Of a stretch of DNA of 41,106 nt, positions 8,799 through 17,145 are shown one piece after another. The notes below the pieces were generated by a model. That model ran no database searches and had not been told where the DNA came from. It saw only the letters and a program-made list of their open reading frames with translations. The position numbers and the translations under genes are program-made. Numbering within the stretch: position 1 is the first letter of the stretch; every line of letters begins with the position of its first letter. This DNA comes from Spirochaetota bacterium (GTDB taxonomy: Bacteria > Spirochaetota > GWE2-31-10 > MWDO01). Where the stretch lies: assembly GCA_035406685.1 (NCBI GenBank), contig DAONLM010000001.1, forward strand, positions 1-41,106. Direction: 5' to 3'.

Positions 8799-9965
8799 AT
8801 GAAAGAGAATGAATATGCAAAATTAATAGAAATAATAATAGAGTATCTTCATAACATATTAAAAGGTAAAGAAGTTGATTTAATAAAAATTAATACAGAT
8901 GATACTCTTATAAAAAATTGTATTGATTCATTAAATTTATTTACAGAAAATTATAAAGAGGCTACCAAACTTGCATATAATTTATCTAATGGAGATCTTA
9001 GTTACGAAGCTTCAAGAAAAAATATTTTAGAAATAACCAGTGCTTTAAAGAGGTTACAGTCTACATTGAGGCATCTTACATGGAAGACCCAGCAGATTGC
9101 AAATGGGGATTTTGACCAGAAGATTAGTTTCATTGGGGAATTTTCAGATGCTTTTAATAAAATGACAGAGCAACTTAAATATTCTTTTATAAAAATAGAA
9201 GAGCAGAATAGAGAATTAAAAGAGGCTCAAAATGTTTTAAAAGAGGCGAATGCAACAAAAGATAGATTTTTTTCTATAATTGCACATGATTTGAAGAATC
9301 CTTTTACTTCTTTGATTGGATTTTCAAAATTAGCTTTTGACGAGTTTGATAAAATAGATAAAGAACATTTGAAAGAGATTTTGGACATGATTTATCAATC
9401 TTCAAAAAATATATACTCTTTACTCGAAAATTTATTATTATGGGCAAGGAGTCAGAGTGGAAATATAAAACTTGAGCCAGAATATATAGACTTAAAAGGT
9501 ATAATTCAGGAAAATCTTGATGTTTTTAGTAATAGTATAAAACAAAAAAGAATCACTATTGAATTAAATTTAATAGAAGAGAGTTGCGTTTTTGTGGATT
9601 ATAATACAATCAATACTGTTATAAGAAATCTTTTATCAAATGCGATAAAATTTACAAATTTTGATGGGAAAATAGAGATAAATACAAAGAAGAAAGATCT
9701 TGATGACATGCTTGTTCTTGAGATAAAGGATAATGGTTTAGGCATTTTAGAAGATGATAAGAGTAAAATTTTTGCAATAGATAAAAAAATTTCTACTCTT
9801 GGCACAAATAAAGAAAAGGGGAGTGGACTTGGATTAATTATATGTAAAGAGTTTGTGCAGAAGAATAATGGAAAGATTTATTTTGAGTCAGAATATGGTA
9901 AGGGGACTTCGTTTTTTGTAGAATTACCATTAAAAGGAAGTGATGATGATAACAATAAATCATAA
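8799..9965 (+). CDS. Cytoplasmic sensor histidine kinase (HAMP-like, HisKA, HATPase_c)
   Basis: It has the H-box FFSIIAHDLKNPFTSL, the N-box NLLSNAIKFT, the G1 box DNGLGI and the G2 box GSGLGL. No transmembrane segment was seen. Confidence 0.85.
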   Translation: MKENEYAKLIEIIIEYLHNILKGKEVDLIKINTDDTLIKNCIDSLNLFTENYKEATKLAYNLSNGDLSYEASRKNILEITSALKRLQSTLRHLTWKTQQIANGDFDQKISFIGEFSDAFNKMTEQLKYSFIKIEEQNRELKEAQNVLKEANATKDRFFSIIAHDLKNPFTSLIGFSKLAFDEFDKIDKEHLKEILDMIYQSSKNIYSLLENLLLWARSQSGNIKLEPEYIDLKGIIQENLDVFSNSIKQKRITIELNLIEESCVFVDYNTINTVIRNLLSNAIKFTNFDGKIEINTKKKDLDDMLVLEIKDNGLGILEDDKSKIFAIDKKISTLGTNKEKGSGLGLIICKEFVQKNNGKIYFESEYGKGTSFFVELPLKGSDDDNNKS

Positions 9966-10704
9966 GAAATGGTCGATAAGAGGGATTGAGTCAATATTTT
10001 TTGATAAAGATGGGACAATTATAGATAGTCATTTATACTGGGGAGAGATCGTTAAAAGAAGAGCCAGAGAGATAATGAAAAATTTTAATTTACATAGTAA
10101 GATAGAGTATTCTTACCTGTGTAAAATTATGGGATTTTCTTTAGCTAAAGAGAAATTAAACAGAGATGGACCAACTGGATTGTTTGATAGAAGTTTTATT
10201 ATAAATATAGTTGTTTCTAAATTGAGAAATTTAAAAATCGAGACTACTTTTGAAGAGATTGATAATATATTTAAAAAAGTTCATAACGATTTTCTTAATG
10301 AGATAGATAAATATACCAAAGTAATACCCGAGGTATATGATTTTATTTTTAAACTCAAAGAAAAGGATGTGAAACTTGCTTTAATTACTTCTGATTCTAT
10401 AAAAAATACAGATATTATTTTAAAACATATTGGAATGGAAAATCTATTTGATATAGTGATAGGAAAAGAGAATTGTAGTGAACCCAAGGTTTCTGGGAAG
10501 CCAGCATTATTTGCTCTTGAAAAACTTAAAATGAATGCTTACAATACAGTCTGCATAGGAGATGCTCCTATGGATAAAACAATGGCGGATAATGCTAATA
10601 TCTTGAAAACAATTCTTGTTGCTACTGGACAGATAACTTATAATTATTTAAAAAGAATCTCTAAATATTCTACTAAAAGCCTTGGAGAACTTAAAATAGA
10701 GTAA
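9940..10704 (+). CDS. HAD-superfamily hydrolase (phosphatase-like)
   Basis: Motif I is IFFDKDGTIIDS, motif II is LITSDS, and motifs III/IV are GKP..IGDAPMD. It overlaps the end of the kinase gene by 26 nt, so the true start may be a later Met. Confidence 0.7.
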   Translation: MMMITINHKKWSIRGIESIFFDKDGTIIDSHLYWGEIVKRRAREIMKNFNLHSKIEYSYLCKIMGFSLAKEKLNRDGPTGLFDRSFIINIVVSKLRNLKIETTFEEIDNIFKKVHNDFLNEIDKYTKVIPEVYDFIFKLKEKDVKLALITSDSIKNTDIILKHIGMENLFDIVIGKENCSEPKVSGKPALFALEKLKMNAYNTVCIGDAPMDKTMADNANILKTILVATGQITYNYLKRISKYSTKSLGELKIE

Positions 10705-10780
10705 ATTTGATTTTTTAAATCTTTTTTTTATTTTTTATTGTTTGGGTTATGTAAAAGATTGTTGCATAAGATGGAATTTA

Positions 10781-10802
10781 TCATACGACAATTGTCGTAT
10801 GA
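10781..10802. repeat. Perfect 22-bp palindrome carrying the GACAATTGTC core
   Basis: TCATACGACAA|TTGTCGTATGA, intergenic, about 80 nt after the HAD gene stop. Confidence 0.9.
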
Positions 10803-10886
10803 GATATAATTTATTTTTATAATAAACTAAAAGAATTTTATTTATTTTTATAAAATAACAATAATATTTATTTTATATAGATTTTT

Positions 10887-10941
10887 ATGGGGATATCCCC
10901 ATGAATAGAGGGGGATATCTGCCTCAATGACATGGGATATC
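10887..10941 (+). promoter_or_regulatory. Three GGGATATC boxes at exact 22-bp spacing (iteron- or operator-like, or a small structured RNA)
   Basis: GGGATATC occurs at 10890, 10912 and 10934. The first box sits inside the 16-bp palindrome ATGGGGATATCCCCAT (10887..10902). This is the only G+C-rich patch in a 397-bp AT-rich spacer. It is flanked by direct repeats TATAAAATAACAAT (about 10849 and 10944). Confidence 0.45.
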
Positions 10942-11101
10942 TGTATAAAATAACAATTATTTTTATTATAGTAATAAATATGTAAAGTGTCTTTTTTTGG
11001 TAAGTTTATTAAAAGTTTTGAAAATTTAGAAGAAATGAATTTACTTTTACATTTTTTTTTGTTATCTTTTTAAAAGAATATATTATTTAGGAGCAAAAAG
11101 A

Positions 11102-11602
11102 ATGAAAAAGATATGTTGTTTTATATTATTTTTTGTTATAGTATATGGAATTTATTCTCAAAATAATTTTATAGAAATAAAGAAAGAAAAATTTATTTTT
11201 AAATATAGGTATACTGACAACACAATGGATGTGATAATTTCTGCAAATACTACGGGATGGATCGCTGTTGGCTTTAATCCAACTCTAAAAATGAAGAATG
11301 CAAATTATATACTTGGTTATGTAAAAGATGGTGTCCTATATATTGAGGATCATTTTGGTGACTCTTCAATATCTCATTCATCTGATATTTTGCTTGGAGG
11401 AACAAATGATATAATAAATCCAAAAGGTTCAGAAAAAAATGGCTGGACAGAGATATCTTTCTCAATTTCGAGAAAACCAACTGATAAATTTGATACTGAA
11501 ATTAAAAAAGGTAAAAATAAAGTAATAATGGCTTTGGGTTTAAAAGATGATTTTACCAGTAAACATGTTAATATTATTGACTTTGAGATAATTTTAAAAT
11601 GA
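11102..11602 (+). CDS. Secreted DOMON-like domain protein
   Basis: It has a signal peptide. The pattern GWIAVGFNP..M.NANYILGYV..G..YIEDHFG....H..D...GG..D......E.NGWTEISF.ISRK..D..D fits the DOMON ligand-binding domain. Confidence 0.5.
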   Translation: MKKICCFILFFVIVYGIYSQNNFIEIKKEKFIFKYRYTDNTMDVIISANTTGWIAVGFNPTLKMKNANYILGYVKDGVLYIEDHFGDSSISHSSDILLGGTNDIINPKGSEKNGWTEISFSISRKPTDKFDTEIKKGKNKVIMALGLKDDFTSKHVNIIDFEIILK

Positions 11603-12270
11603 ATATGGATAGATATAAATTTGGTGTAACTGAAACAATTATTTTAATAAATTTCATATTTTTTATCCCTTATATTCTGAGTTTTATAACAGCTTCCCCA
11701 TTTTTTTATAACCTTTCTATATATTATTTAGGATTGAATATCAACAGTCCATACGGATTTTTATCTATTAACAATGGCGCTATTTGGCAAGTATTAACAG
11801 CAATGTTTATGCATGGGGGACTTGGCCATATTATATTTAATATGTATGGGTTATATATATTTGGTAAACCACTTGAACTTAGATGGGGTGGTGCAAGATT
11901 TTTATCGTTTTATCTAACAACTGGAATTCTTGCAAATATCGCATCTGTTATTGTTTATATATTTAGTAAGAATAGTATTACCTTAATTGGTGCATCGGGT
12001 GCTGTTTATGCAGTGCTTTTAGCATTTGGTGCCTATTATCCTGATGTAAAATTGTTACTCTTTTTCTTTATTCCTATTAAAGTAAAATGGGCAATATTAT
12101 TATTTACTGTTCTTTCACTATTTTTTCAATTTAGCAATATTGCTAACTTTATAGGACATTTAACCCATCTTTTTGGATTTTTGTTTTCATTTTTGTATCT
12201 ACTTATATTTTTTAGAATAAATGCTATAAAAAAGATGTTTTTTTCAAAAGACGATTATATAATTTATTAA
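11599..12270 (+). CDS. Rhomboid-family intramembrane serine protease
   Basis: It has MHGGLGHIIFNMYGLYIFG (the H..xN motif), the catalytic GASGAVYAVL and a downstream GHLTHLFGF histidine. There are multiple transmembrane segments. Its ATG overlaps the preceding stop codon (ATGA). Confidence 0.85.
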   Translation: MNMDRYKFGVTETIILINFIFFIPYILSFITASPFFYNLSIYYLGLNINSPYGFLSINNGAIWQVLTAMFMHGGLGHIIFNMYGLYIFGKPLELRWGGARFLSFYLTTGILANIASVIVYIFSKNSITLIGASGAVYAVLLAFGAYYPDVKLLLFFFIPIKVKWAILLFTVLSLFFQFSNIANFIGHLTHLFGFLFSFLYLLIFFRINAIKKMFFSKDDYIIY

Positions 12271-12312
12271 GATTTTAAAATCAAAATTTATTAAAATTTA
12301 TATCAAAAATAG

Positions 12313-12341
12313 TTGATTTTTTTAAAAAAATAAGTTAAATT
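12313..12341 (+). promoter_or_regulatory. Possible sigma70 promoter for rpmI-rplT
   Basis: TTGATT (12313..12318), 17 nt, TAAATT (12336..12341). It is followed by a leader of about 110 nt containing an interrupted hairpin CGATA-GAGG..CCTC-TATCG (about 12360..12388). Confidence 0.35.
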
Positions 12342-12455
12342 AGGCAATCAAAAATTCAACGATATGAGGAAAGGCTGCCTCTTTTATCGTGAATTATTAT
12401 ATGAAGAACTCTGTTAGAGTAAAACAAAGAATAATTTTCAAGGAGAAGAAAAACA

Positions 12456-12659
12456 ATGTCAAAAGTAAAAGTAAAATCAAACAAAAGTGCAGCGCAGAGA
12501 TTTAAAATCACAAAGAATGGTAAAGTCCTCTACAATAAGAGAGGAAGAAGACATATTCTTACAAAAAAGAGCGCTAAAAGAAAGAGACAATTAAGAAAAC
12601 ATGGTATTCTTAAAAGTAGCGAATCAAAAAGAGTAAAAATGTTACTTCCATATCAATAA
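12456..12659 (+). CDS. rpmI: 50S ribosomal protein L35
   Basis: A 67-aa basic protein. K.KSNKSAAQRFKITKNGKV....RGRRHILTKKS.KRKRQLR matches the L35 pattern. AAGGAG lies upstream of the ATG. Confidence 0.95.
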   Translation: MSKVKVKSNKSAAQRFKITKNGKVLYNKRGRRHILTKKSAKRKRQLRKHGILKSSESKRVKMLLPYQ

Positions 12660-12686
12660 TAAATTTTTAAATTAAGGAGAAAAAAA

Positions 12687-13046
12687 ATGTCAAGAGCAAT
12701 AACTGGAAGAATTCATAGAAAAAGAGCCAAAAAAGTATTAAAATTAACAAAAGGATATAGAGGAGCCAGATCTAAACTATATAGAGTAGCAAAAAATGCT
12801 ATGATAAAGTCTTTACAGAGAGCATTTGCTGGTAGAAAAGATAAAAAAGCAATGTTTAGACAACTCTGGATAACAAGAATTAATGCTGCTTGTAGAGAGG
12901 CTGGCATTTCATATTCAAAATTTATTAATGGCTTGAAAAAGGCTGGTATTATTATTAATAGAAAGAATTTAGCAAATTTAGCCATTCAGGATATTACAAC
13001 ATTCGATATGCTTATAGAAAAAGCAAAATCAGCTTTACAAAATTGA
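12687..13046 (+). CDS. rplT: 50S ribosomal protein L20
   Basis: MSRAITG...RKRAKKVLKLTKGYRGARSKLYRVAKNA..KSLQRAF.GRK.KK..FRQLWITRINAA.R is a canonical L20 sequence. Confidence 0.95.
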   Translation: MSRAITGRIHRKRAKKVLKLTKGYRGARSKLYRVAKNAMIKSLQRAFAGRKDKKAMFRQLWITRINAACREAGISYSKFINGLKKAGIIINRKNLANLAIQDITTFDMLIEKAKSALQN

Positions 13047-13054
13047 ATTTTTTA

Positions 13055-13095
13055 GAGGCTGCTTTTTAATAAAGTCAGCCTCATGTTTATTTATA
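13055..13095 (+). terminator. Weak candidate terminator after rplT
   Basis: A 7-bp stem GAGGCTG/CAGCCTC (13055..13061 and 13076..13082) with a 14-nt loop. The downstream T-tract is interrupted (ATGTTTATTTAT). Confidence 0.3.
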
Positions 13096-13174
13096 AAATT
13101 ATAAAATATTTGATAAATAAAAATTATATGATATAATAATCTCAATAATTTATAAATAGGGTCAATAATGAGAT

Positions 13175-13963
13175 ATGAAAATTGAAATAATTGAATTACT
13201 TGTAAAAAAGGTTTATCAGGCAATAAAGATAATAGAAAAATTAAAAGAGAATGAAAAGAATTATATTAATGAAATTTCTTTTCTAAAAGAAAGTAATAAG
13301 AAATTACAGGATGAACTTAATTTTCTAAAAAATGAAAATCAAAGACTTGTTTCTGAAATTAGTAAAAATGATAACATAAATAAAGAGTTAGAGCAAAAGA
13401 TCATAGAGATTTTAAAATATTTACCAGATGAAGATGAGAGTAATAATCAGAATACTCTTAATATAGAAAATAATTTAAAATTAGAAAGTAATCAAAGTAA
13501 TGAAAAAGTATTGGAAAATAATCTTGTAGAAAATAAGAATCTTTCTAATACTGACCAAAGTGAAAAGAAAGAGATGGAAATTGATAATAATATTCTTAAT
13601 GAAGAGGAGATGCTAAAGAAATTCATAAATAGTGGCTCAAAGAATCTTTTTGGTAACAAAGAAAGTTTAGAAAAAAACAATAAAAATCAAAAAAATGACT
13701 CTATTGACAAAGAGGAACTAAGCATTTTTGATAATAATATTTATTCTGATGATATAGATAAAAAAGAGATGAATAATTCTCAAAATAATAATAATAGCAA
13801 CAAAGAAGAGAAAAAAGAAGAAGAGAAGAATAACATTTTACAGAATGCCCTTCTTGATGATGAAAAGGATGATATTGATTTTGGATTTGATGATTTTTCT
13901 GAAGAGAATGAAGACAATAAGGAAAAGAGTAATGATAATGATTTACCAAAGGGGGTTTTATAA
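13175..13963 (+). CDS. ZapB-like coiled-coil protein with a long Asn/Glu/Asp/Lys-rich low-complexity tail
   Basis: The N-terminal ~75 aa (IEIIELLVKKVYQAIKIIEKLKENEKNYINEISFLKESNKKLQDELNFLKNENQRL) resembles the ZapB leucine-zipper pattern. The rest is low complexity. It lies directly upstream of a ZapA-like gene. Confidence 0.45.
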   Translation: MKIEIIELLVKKVYQAIKIIEKLKENEKNYINEISFLKESNKKLQDELNFLKNENQRLVSEISKNDNINKELEQKIIEILKYLPDEDESNNQNTLNIENNLKLESNQSNEKVLENNLVENKNLSNTDQSEKKEMEIDNNILNEEEMLKKFINSGSKNLFGNKESLEKNNKNQKNDSIDKEELSIFDNNIYSDDIDKKEMNNSQNNNNSNKEEKKEEEKNNILQNALLDDEKDDIDFGFDDFSEENEDNKEKSNDNDLPKGVL

Positions 13964-13974
13964 TAGAGTCAGAT

Positions 13975-14289
13975 ATGTCAAATTCTAATTCTGATAATAA
14001 ATTTAAAATTAATCTTTTTGGTCAGGACTTTTTTTTTACCACTACTTATGACAAAAAAGAGGAGTTGTTAAGAGTTGCAAATTATTATAAAAACATAGTG
14101 GATTCTCTTTTAGAAAAATTTCCAAATAAGCCACATCTTGATATCCTTGTTTTATCAGGGCTTATGATAGCAGACGAACTTTATGCCCTGTTAAAATCAA
14201 GAAATAAAAATCTTAGCACAGAAGAAAAAGAGATAGAGAGAGCAATTTTGGATTTAATTAACTCTCTTGATAATGTATTAAAAGATTAA
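13975..14289 (+). CDS. zapA: Cell division protein ZapA-like
   Basis: 104 aa. INLFGQDFFFTT..DKKEELLRVANYYKNIVDSL....P......ILVLSGLMIADELY fits the ZapA layout. Confidence 0.55.
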   Translation: MSNSNSDNKFKINLFGQDFFFTTTYDKKEELLRVANYYKNIVDSLLEKFPNKPHLDILVLSGLMIADELYALLKSRNKNLSTEEKEIERAILDLINSLDNVLKD

Positions 14290-14303
14290 AAGGGGTTCTT
14301 TAT

Positions 14304-14786
14304 ATGATATTGGAAGTTATAAAGTATGGCAATCCTTTATTGAGAGAAGAATCAAAGCCAATAGAAGAGATCAATGAAGAAGTTATTAACCTTGTAAATA
14401 ATATGTTTGAGACCATGTATTTAAATCATGGAATTGGTCTTGCAGCAATACAGGTAGGTATTCCTAAAAGATTATTTGTTACAGATATTCCAGATATTCC
14501 AAATAGTAAACTTGTTATGATAAATCCAAAAATAATAGAATTCTCAAAAGAAAAGATTATTTACGAAGAGGGCTGTCTATCTGTACCAGATATTGAGGAT
14601 GAGGTAGAAAGATCTAAAAGCATTATTGTGGAATTTAAGGATCTTAATGGAAAGGTAAAGTTAATTAAGGCAACAGGTTTATTATCAGTATGTATTCAGC
14701 ATGAGTATGATCATCTTGATGGGATTCTTTTTATTGATAAGGCTCTTAATCTTAACAAAGAGGGTGGTAAGAAAGTTAAAATCTAA
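14304..14786 (+). CDS. def: Peptide deformylase
   Basis: All three motifs are present: GIGLAAIQVG, EGCLSVP and QHEYDHLDG. Confidence 0.95.
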   Translation: MILEVIKYGNPLLREESKPIEEINEEVINLVNNMFETMYLNHGIGLAAIQVGIPKRLFVTDIPDIPNSKLVMINPKIIEFSKEKIIYEEGCLSVPDIEDEVERSKSIIVEFKDLNGKVKLIKATGLLSVCIQHEYDHLDGILFIDKALNLNKEGGKKVKI

Positions 14787-14788
14787 AA

Positions 14789-15154
14789 CTATTTAAATAT
14801 CTCTTTTAAAAATTTAATAGAGGCTTCTACTTTTTCAGAAACAACTGCGTAACATATCATTGGTACTCCATGATGTATATAATACTCTTTTATTTTTGAT
14901 AATAATTTTTCTTTAAATTCCTCCACTGTTTTTGCATCTTGAATATTAAACTCTTTAACTAAATCAATTGTTCTTTCTAAATAAAGAATTTCTTCTTCCA
15001 AAACAGTAAGATTTTCTTTATAAACATGCTCACTTTTTTCTTTTATCTCTTCATTTTTTTCATACTCCTCTTTTTTCGTTTCTATATATAAAAGCGATTG
15101 TTCCAAGGCAAAAAGAATAATCTTCTTAAAAATTTCCACCTCATTTAATTTCAT
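14789..15154 (-). CDS. Hypothetical protein (no family recognised)
   Basis: The ORF is open to 15196, but the ATG at 15154 is preceded by AAGGGGGATAAT (a Shine-Dalgarno-like sequence), so the shorter form is preferred. The product is Glu/Lys-rich and looks helical. Confidence 0.5.
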   Translation of the reverse strand: MKLNEVEIFKKIILFALEQSLLYIETKKEEYEKNEEIKEKSEHVYKENLTVLEEEILYLERTIDLVKEFNIQDAKTVEEFKEKLLSKIKEYYIHHGVPMICYAVVSEKVEASIKFLKEIFK

Positions 15155-15260
15155 ATTATCCCCCTTTGATATAGATTTATACAAAAAGCATAACAAATTT
15201 TTATTAGAAAGTCAAAAAAGAATTTATTTTTTGTTAAAAGAAAAAAAATATCTTATTTTC

Positions 15261-16235
15261 TTATATCTTTCTTAATTTGCATATAAAAAAACCTTCGTAT
15301 TGATCAGTGGGAATAATTCTTAAACATCTTGCTATTGATTTATCAAAGATATTGTTTTCATAAGAGAGAAATGGTTTTCTATATCCCTCTATATCTTTAA
15401 ATTTATCTTCAATCTCTTCTATTATAACTCTCTCTTTTTTTAAAATTTCATCCACAACCATTTCATTTTCGTAAATATTTAAGGTACAGGTAGAATAGAC
15501 AATTGTCCCATTCTTCTTACAGAGTCTTATCCCATTCAATAATAATTTCTTTTGTAATGAATTAAATTTCTGGATGCTATTCTTTTTCCAGTTTTGATAA
15601 CTCTTTTGGTCATAAATAGTAATGCCACCCTCACCGGAACAGGGAGCATCCACAAGAACTCTATCATAGATATTCTTTATATCTTTTAAGAAATTTTCAC
15701 CTCTTGTTTGATAAAAATTTATGATGTTTGCTCCTAAAATTTTTGCGTTATGTTTTAATCTCTCCATTCTTATATAGTCTGGCTCAATAGCATCTATATT
15801 GCCTCTGTTATTCATAAGGGCTGCAATGTATGTAGTTTTACTTCCAGGGGCACTTGCCATATCAAGTATATTTTCATTCTCCTCTGGTTTTAATATTAAA
15901 ACAGGTAACATACTCGACAGATTTTGCAAATATATATATCCATTCTTTGTTAGGTTGTGGTTTAATAGTATATTGTCTAAATTTTCATTAAAAACAAAAG
16001 CATCTTTTATAAGGGGGATATCCCTGAATTTAAAACCATCCTTTTGAAGGAGCTTCATTACATAACTTTTATCTGTTTTTAGAGTGTTTACTCTTATTGA
16101 GCTTTTTCTTTTTATCCTGAATGAATTAATGATCTTATTATAATCTGCTGGAGAAAAAAAATCCCTAAGAGATTTTAACAAATCTTGTGGCATCTTATTT
16201 ATTAAGTCATTGATCGAATATTTCATCTTACCCAA
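15261..16235 (-). CDS. NOL1/NOP2/Sun-family (RsmB/RsmF-like) RNA cytosine-C5 methyltransferase
   Basis: It has DMASAPGSKTTYIAALM (SAM binding), VLVDAPCSGEG (motif IV Cys) and GTIVYSTCTL (motif VI Cys). Confidence 0.85.
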   Translation of the reverse strand: MGKMKYSINDLINKMPQDLLKSLRDFFSPADYNKIINSFRIKRKSSIRVNTLKTDKSYVMKLLQKDGFKFRDIPLIKDAFVFNENLDNILLNHNLTKNGYIYLQNLSSMLPVLILKPEENENILDMASAPGSKTTYIAALMNNRGNIDAIEPDYIRMERLKHNAKILGANIINFYQTRGENFLKDIKNIYDRVLVDAPCSGEGGITIYDQKSYQNWKKNSIQKFNSLQKKLLLNGIRLCKKNGTIVYSTCTLNIYENEMVVDEILKKERVIIEEIEDKFKDIEGYRKPFLSYENNIFDKSIARCLRIIPTDQYEGFFICKLRKI

Positions 16236-16241
16236 AACTTA

Positions 16242-16727
16242 TTAATTTTTAGTCTGACAATCTTTTATATTCTCATTTATCAAATTTATTCCGTGTTCAA
16301 TTAATTGTTCTACTATTTTATAACATTGTAAAGCACCCTGAGGAGAACCGGGAAGATTAAGGATTATTGTCTTGTTTTTTATGCCACATATCCCCCTTGA
16401 TAGGTATGAATTGATGCTATTTTTTGAATTTTCCATTCTTATATATTCCATAATCCCGGGGGCTTCTTTTTTTATTACTTTTTTTGTTGCCTCTGGTGTT
16501 ACATCTCTTTTAGCAAATCCAGTCCCACCATTTGTAAGAATAAGAGGAATGGATTTTTTTATGAATTTTGTTAACACTTTTTTTATTAGTTTTATATCAT
16601 CTGGCACAAGTTCATAAAAGACTTTATTACCTTTTGATTCAAGATATTCTATAAGAATAGGTCCTGTTTTATCCTCTCTTATGCCATTGTAACTTCTATC
16701 ACTAACAGTAATAACAGCTATCTCCAT
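16242..16727 (-). CDS. moaB: Molybdenum cofactor biosynthesis protein MoaB/MogA family
   Basis: It has ITVSDR, LILTNGGTGFAKRDVTPEAT and LNLPGSPQGA. Confidence 0.85.
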   Translation of the reverse strand: MEIAVITVSDRSYNGIREDKTGPILIEYLESKGNKVFYELVPDDIKLIKKVLTKFIKKSIPLILTNGGTGFAKRDVTPEATKKVIKKEAPGIMEYIRMENSKNSINSYLSRGICGIKNKTIILNLPGSPQGALQCYKIVEQLIEHGINLINENIKDCQTKN

Positions 16728-17145
16728 TTTTTAATACTCCCCCTTTTATCACCCTACAGAATATCCCATATTCTGGCATAATACAATTGCCAGTCTTTTT
16801 TTGGATTATACATGGTGATATACAATCCTTTCCAATTATTGTTACCTCTAATTCTACTTTAGACTCAAATACAAATCTTGTTCCTATTTTTATTGAGTTA
16901 AAATCAAAATCATCTATAATAAGATTTTCTCCAAATGCACCATATTGTATTTGAATATTGTTTTTTAAAAGTTCATCTTTTTTTTTATGAAATATCTCAT
17001 AATTAAGGATGCTTACCTGCCTTAAAGAGTCTTTTTTTGCGTGAAAATCATTCTTAATACCAAAATTTTCTATAAAGATAGCAGAATCAACCTCTATTTT
17101 TATCCCTTTTTTGTCACTTAAACAGATTGCTTTGACTTGTGGCAT
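16702..17145 (-). CDS. MOSC domain protein
   Basis: RQVSILNYE..GAFGENLIID..IKIGTR fits the MOSC beta-barrel pattern. It is embedded in the Moco cluster and overlaps both neighbours (26 and 28 nt). Confidence 0.65.
   Translation of the reverse strand: MPQVKAICLSDKKGIKIEVDSAIFIENFGIKNDFHAKKDSLRQVSILNYEIFHKKKDELLKNNIQIQYGAFGENLIIDDFDFNSIKIGTRFVFESKVELEVTIIGKDCISPCIIQKKTGNCIMPEYGIFCRVIKGGVLKNGDSCYYC

Noticed and set aside
10781-10802. Resemblance of TCATAC...GTATGA to the E. coli NikR operator half-sites (GTATGA-N16-TCATAC)
   Set aside because: The orientation and spacing differ: the arms are inverted and the spacer is N10. The arms are just one of several flank classes of the GACAATTGTC palindrome. 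No nik genes are nearby.
13400-13950. The low-complexity stretch of the ZapB-like gene as a DNA tandem repeat or VNTR
   Set aside because: The composition is biased (AAT/GAA/AAA-rich), but no exact repeating unit could be traced by eye. I treat it as a low-complexity coding region.
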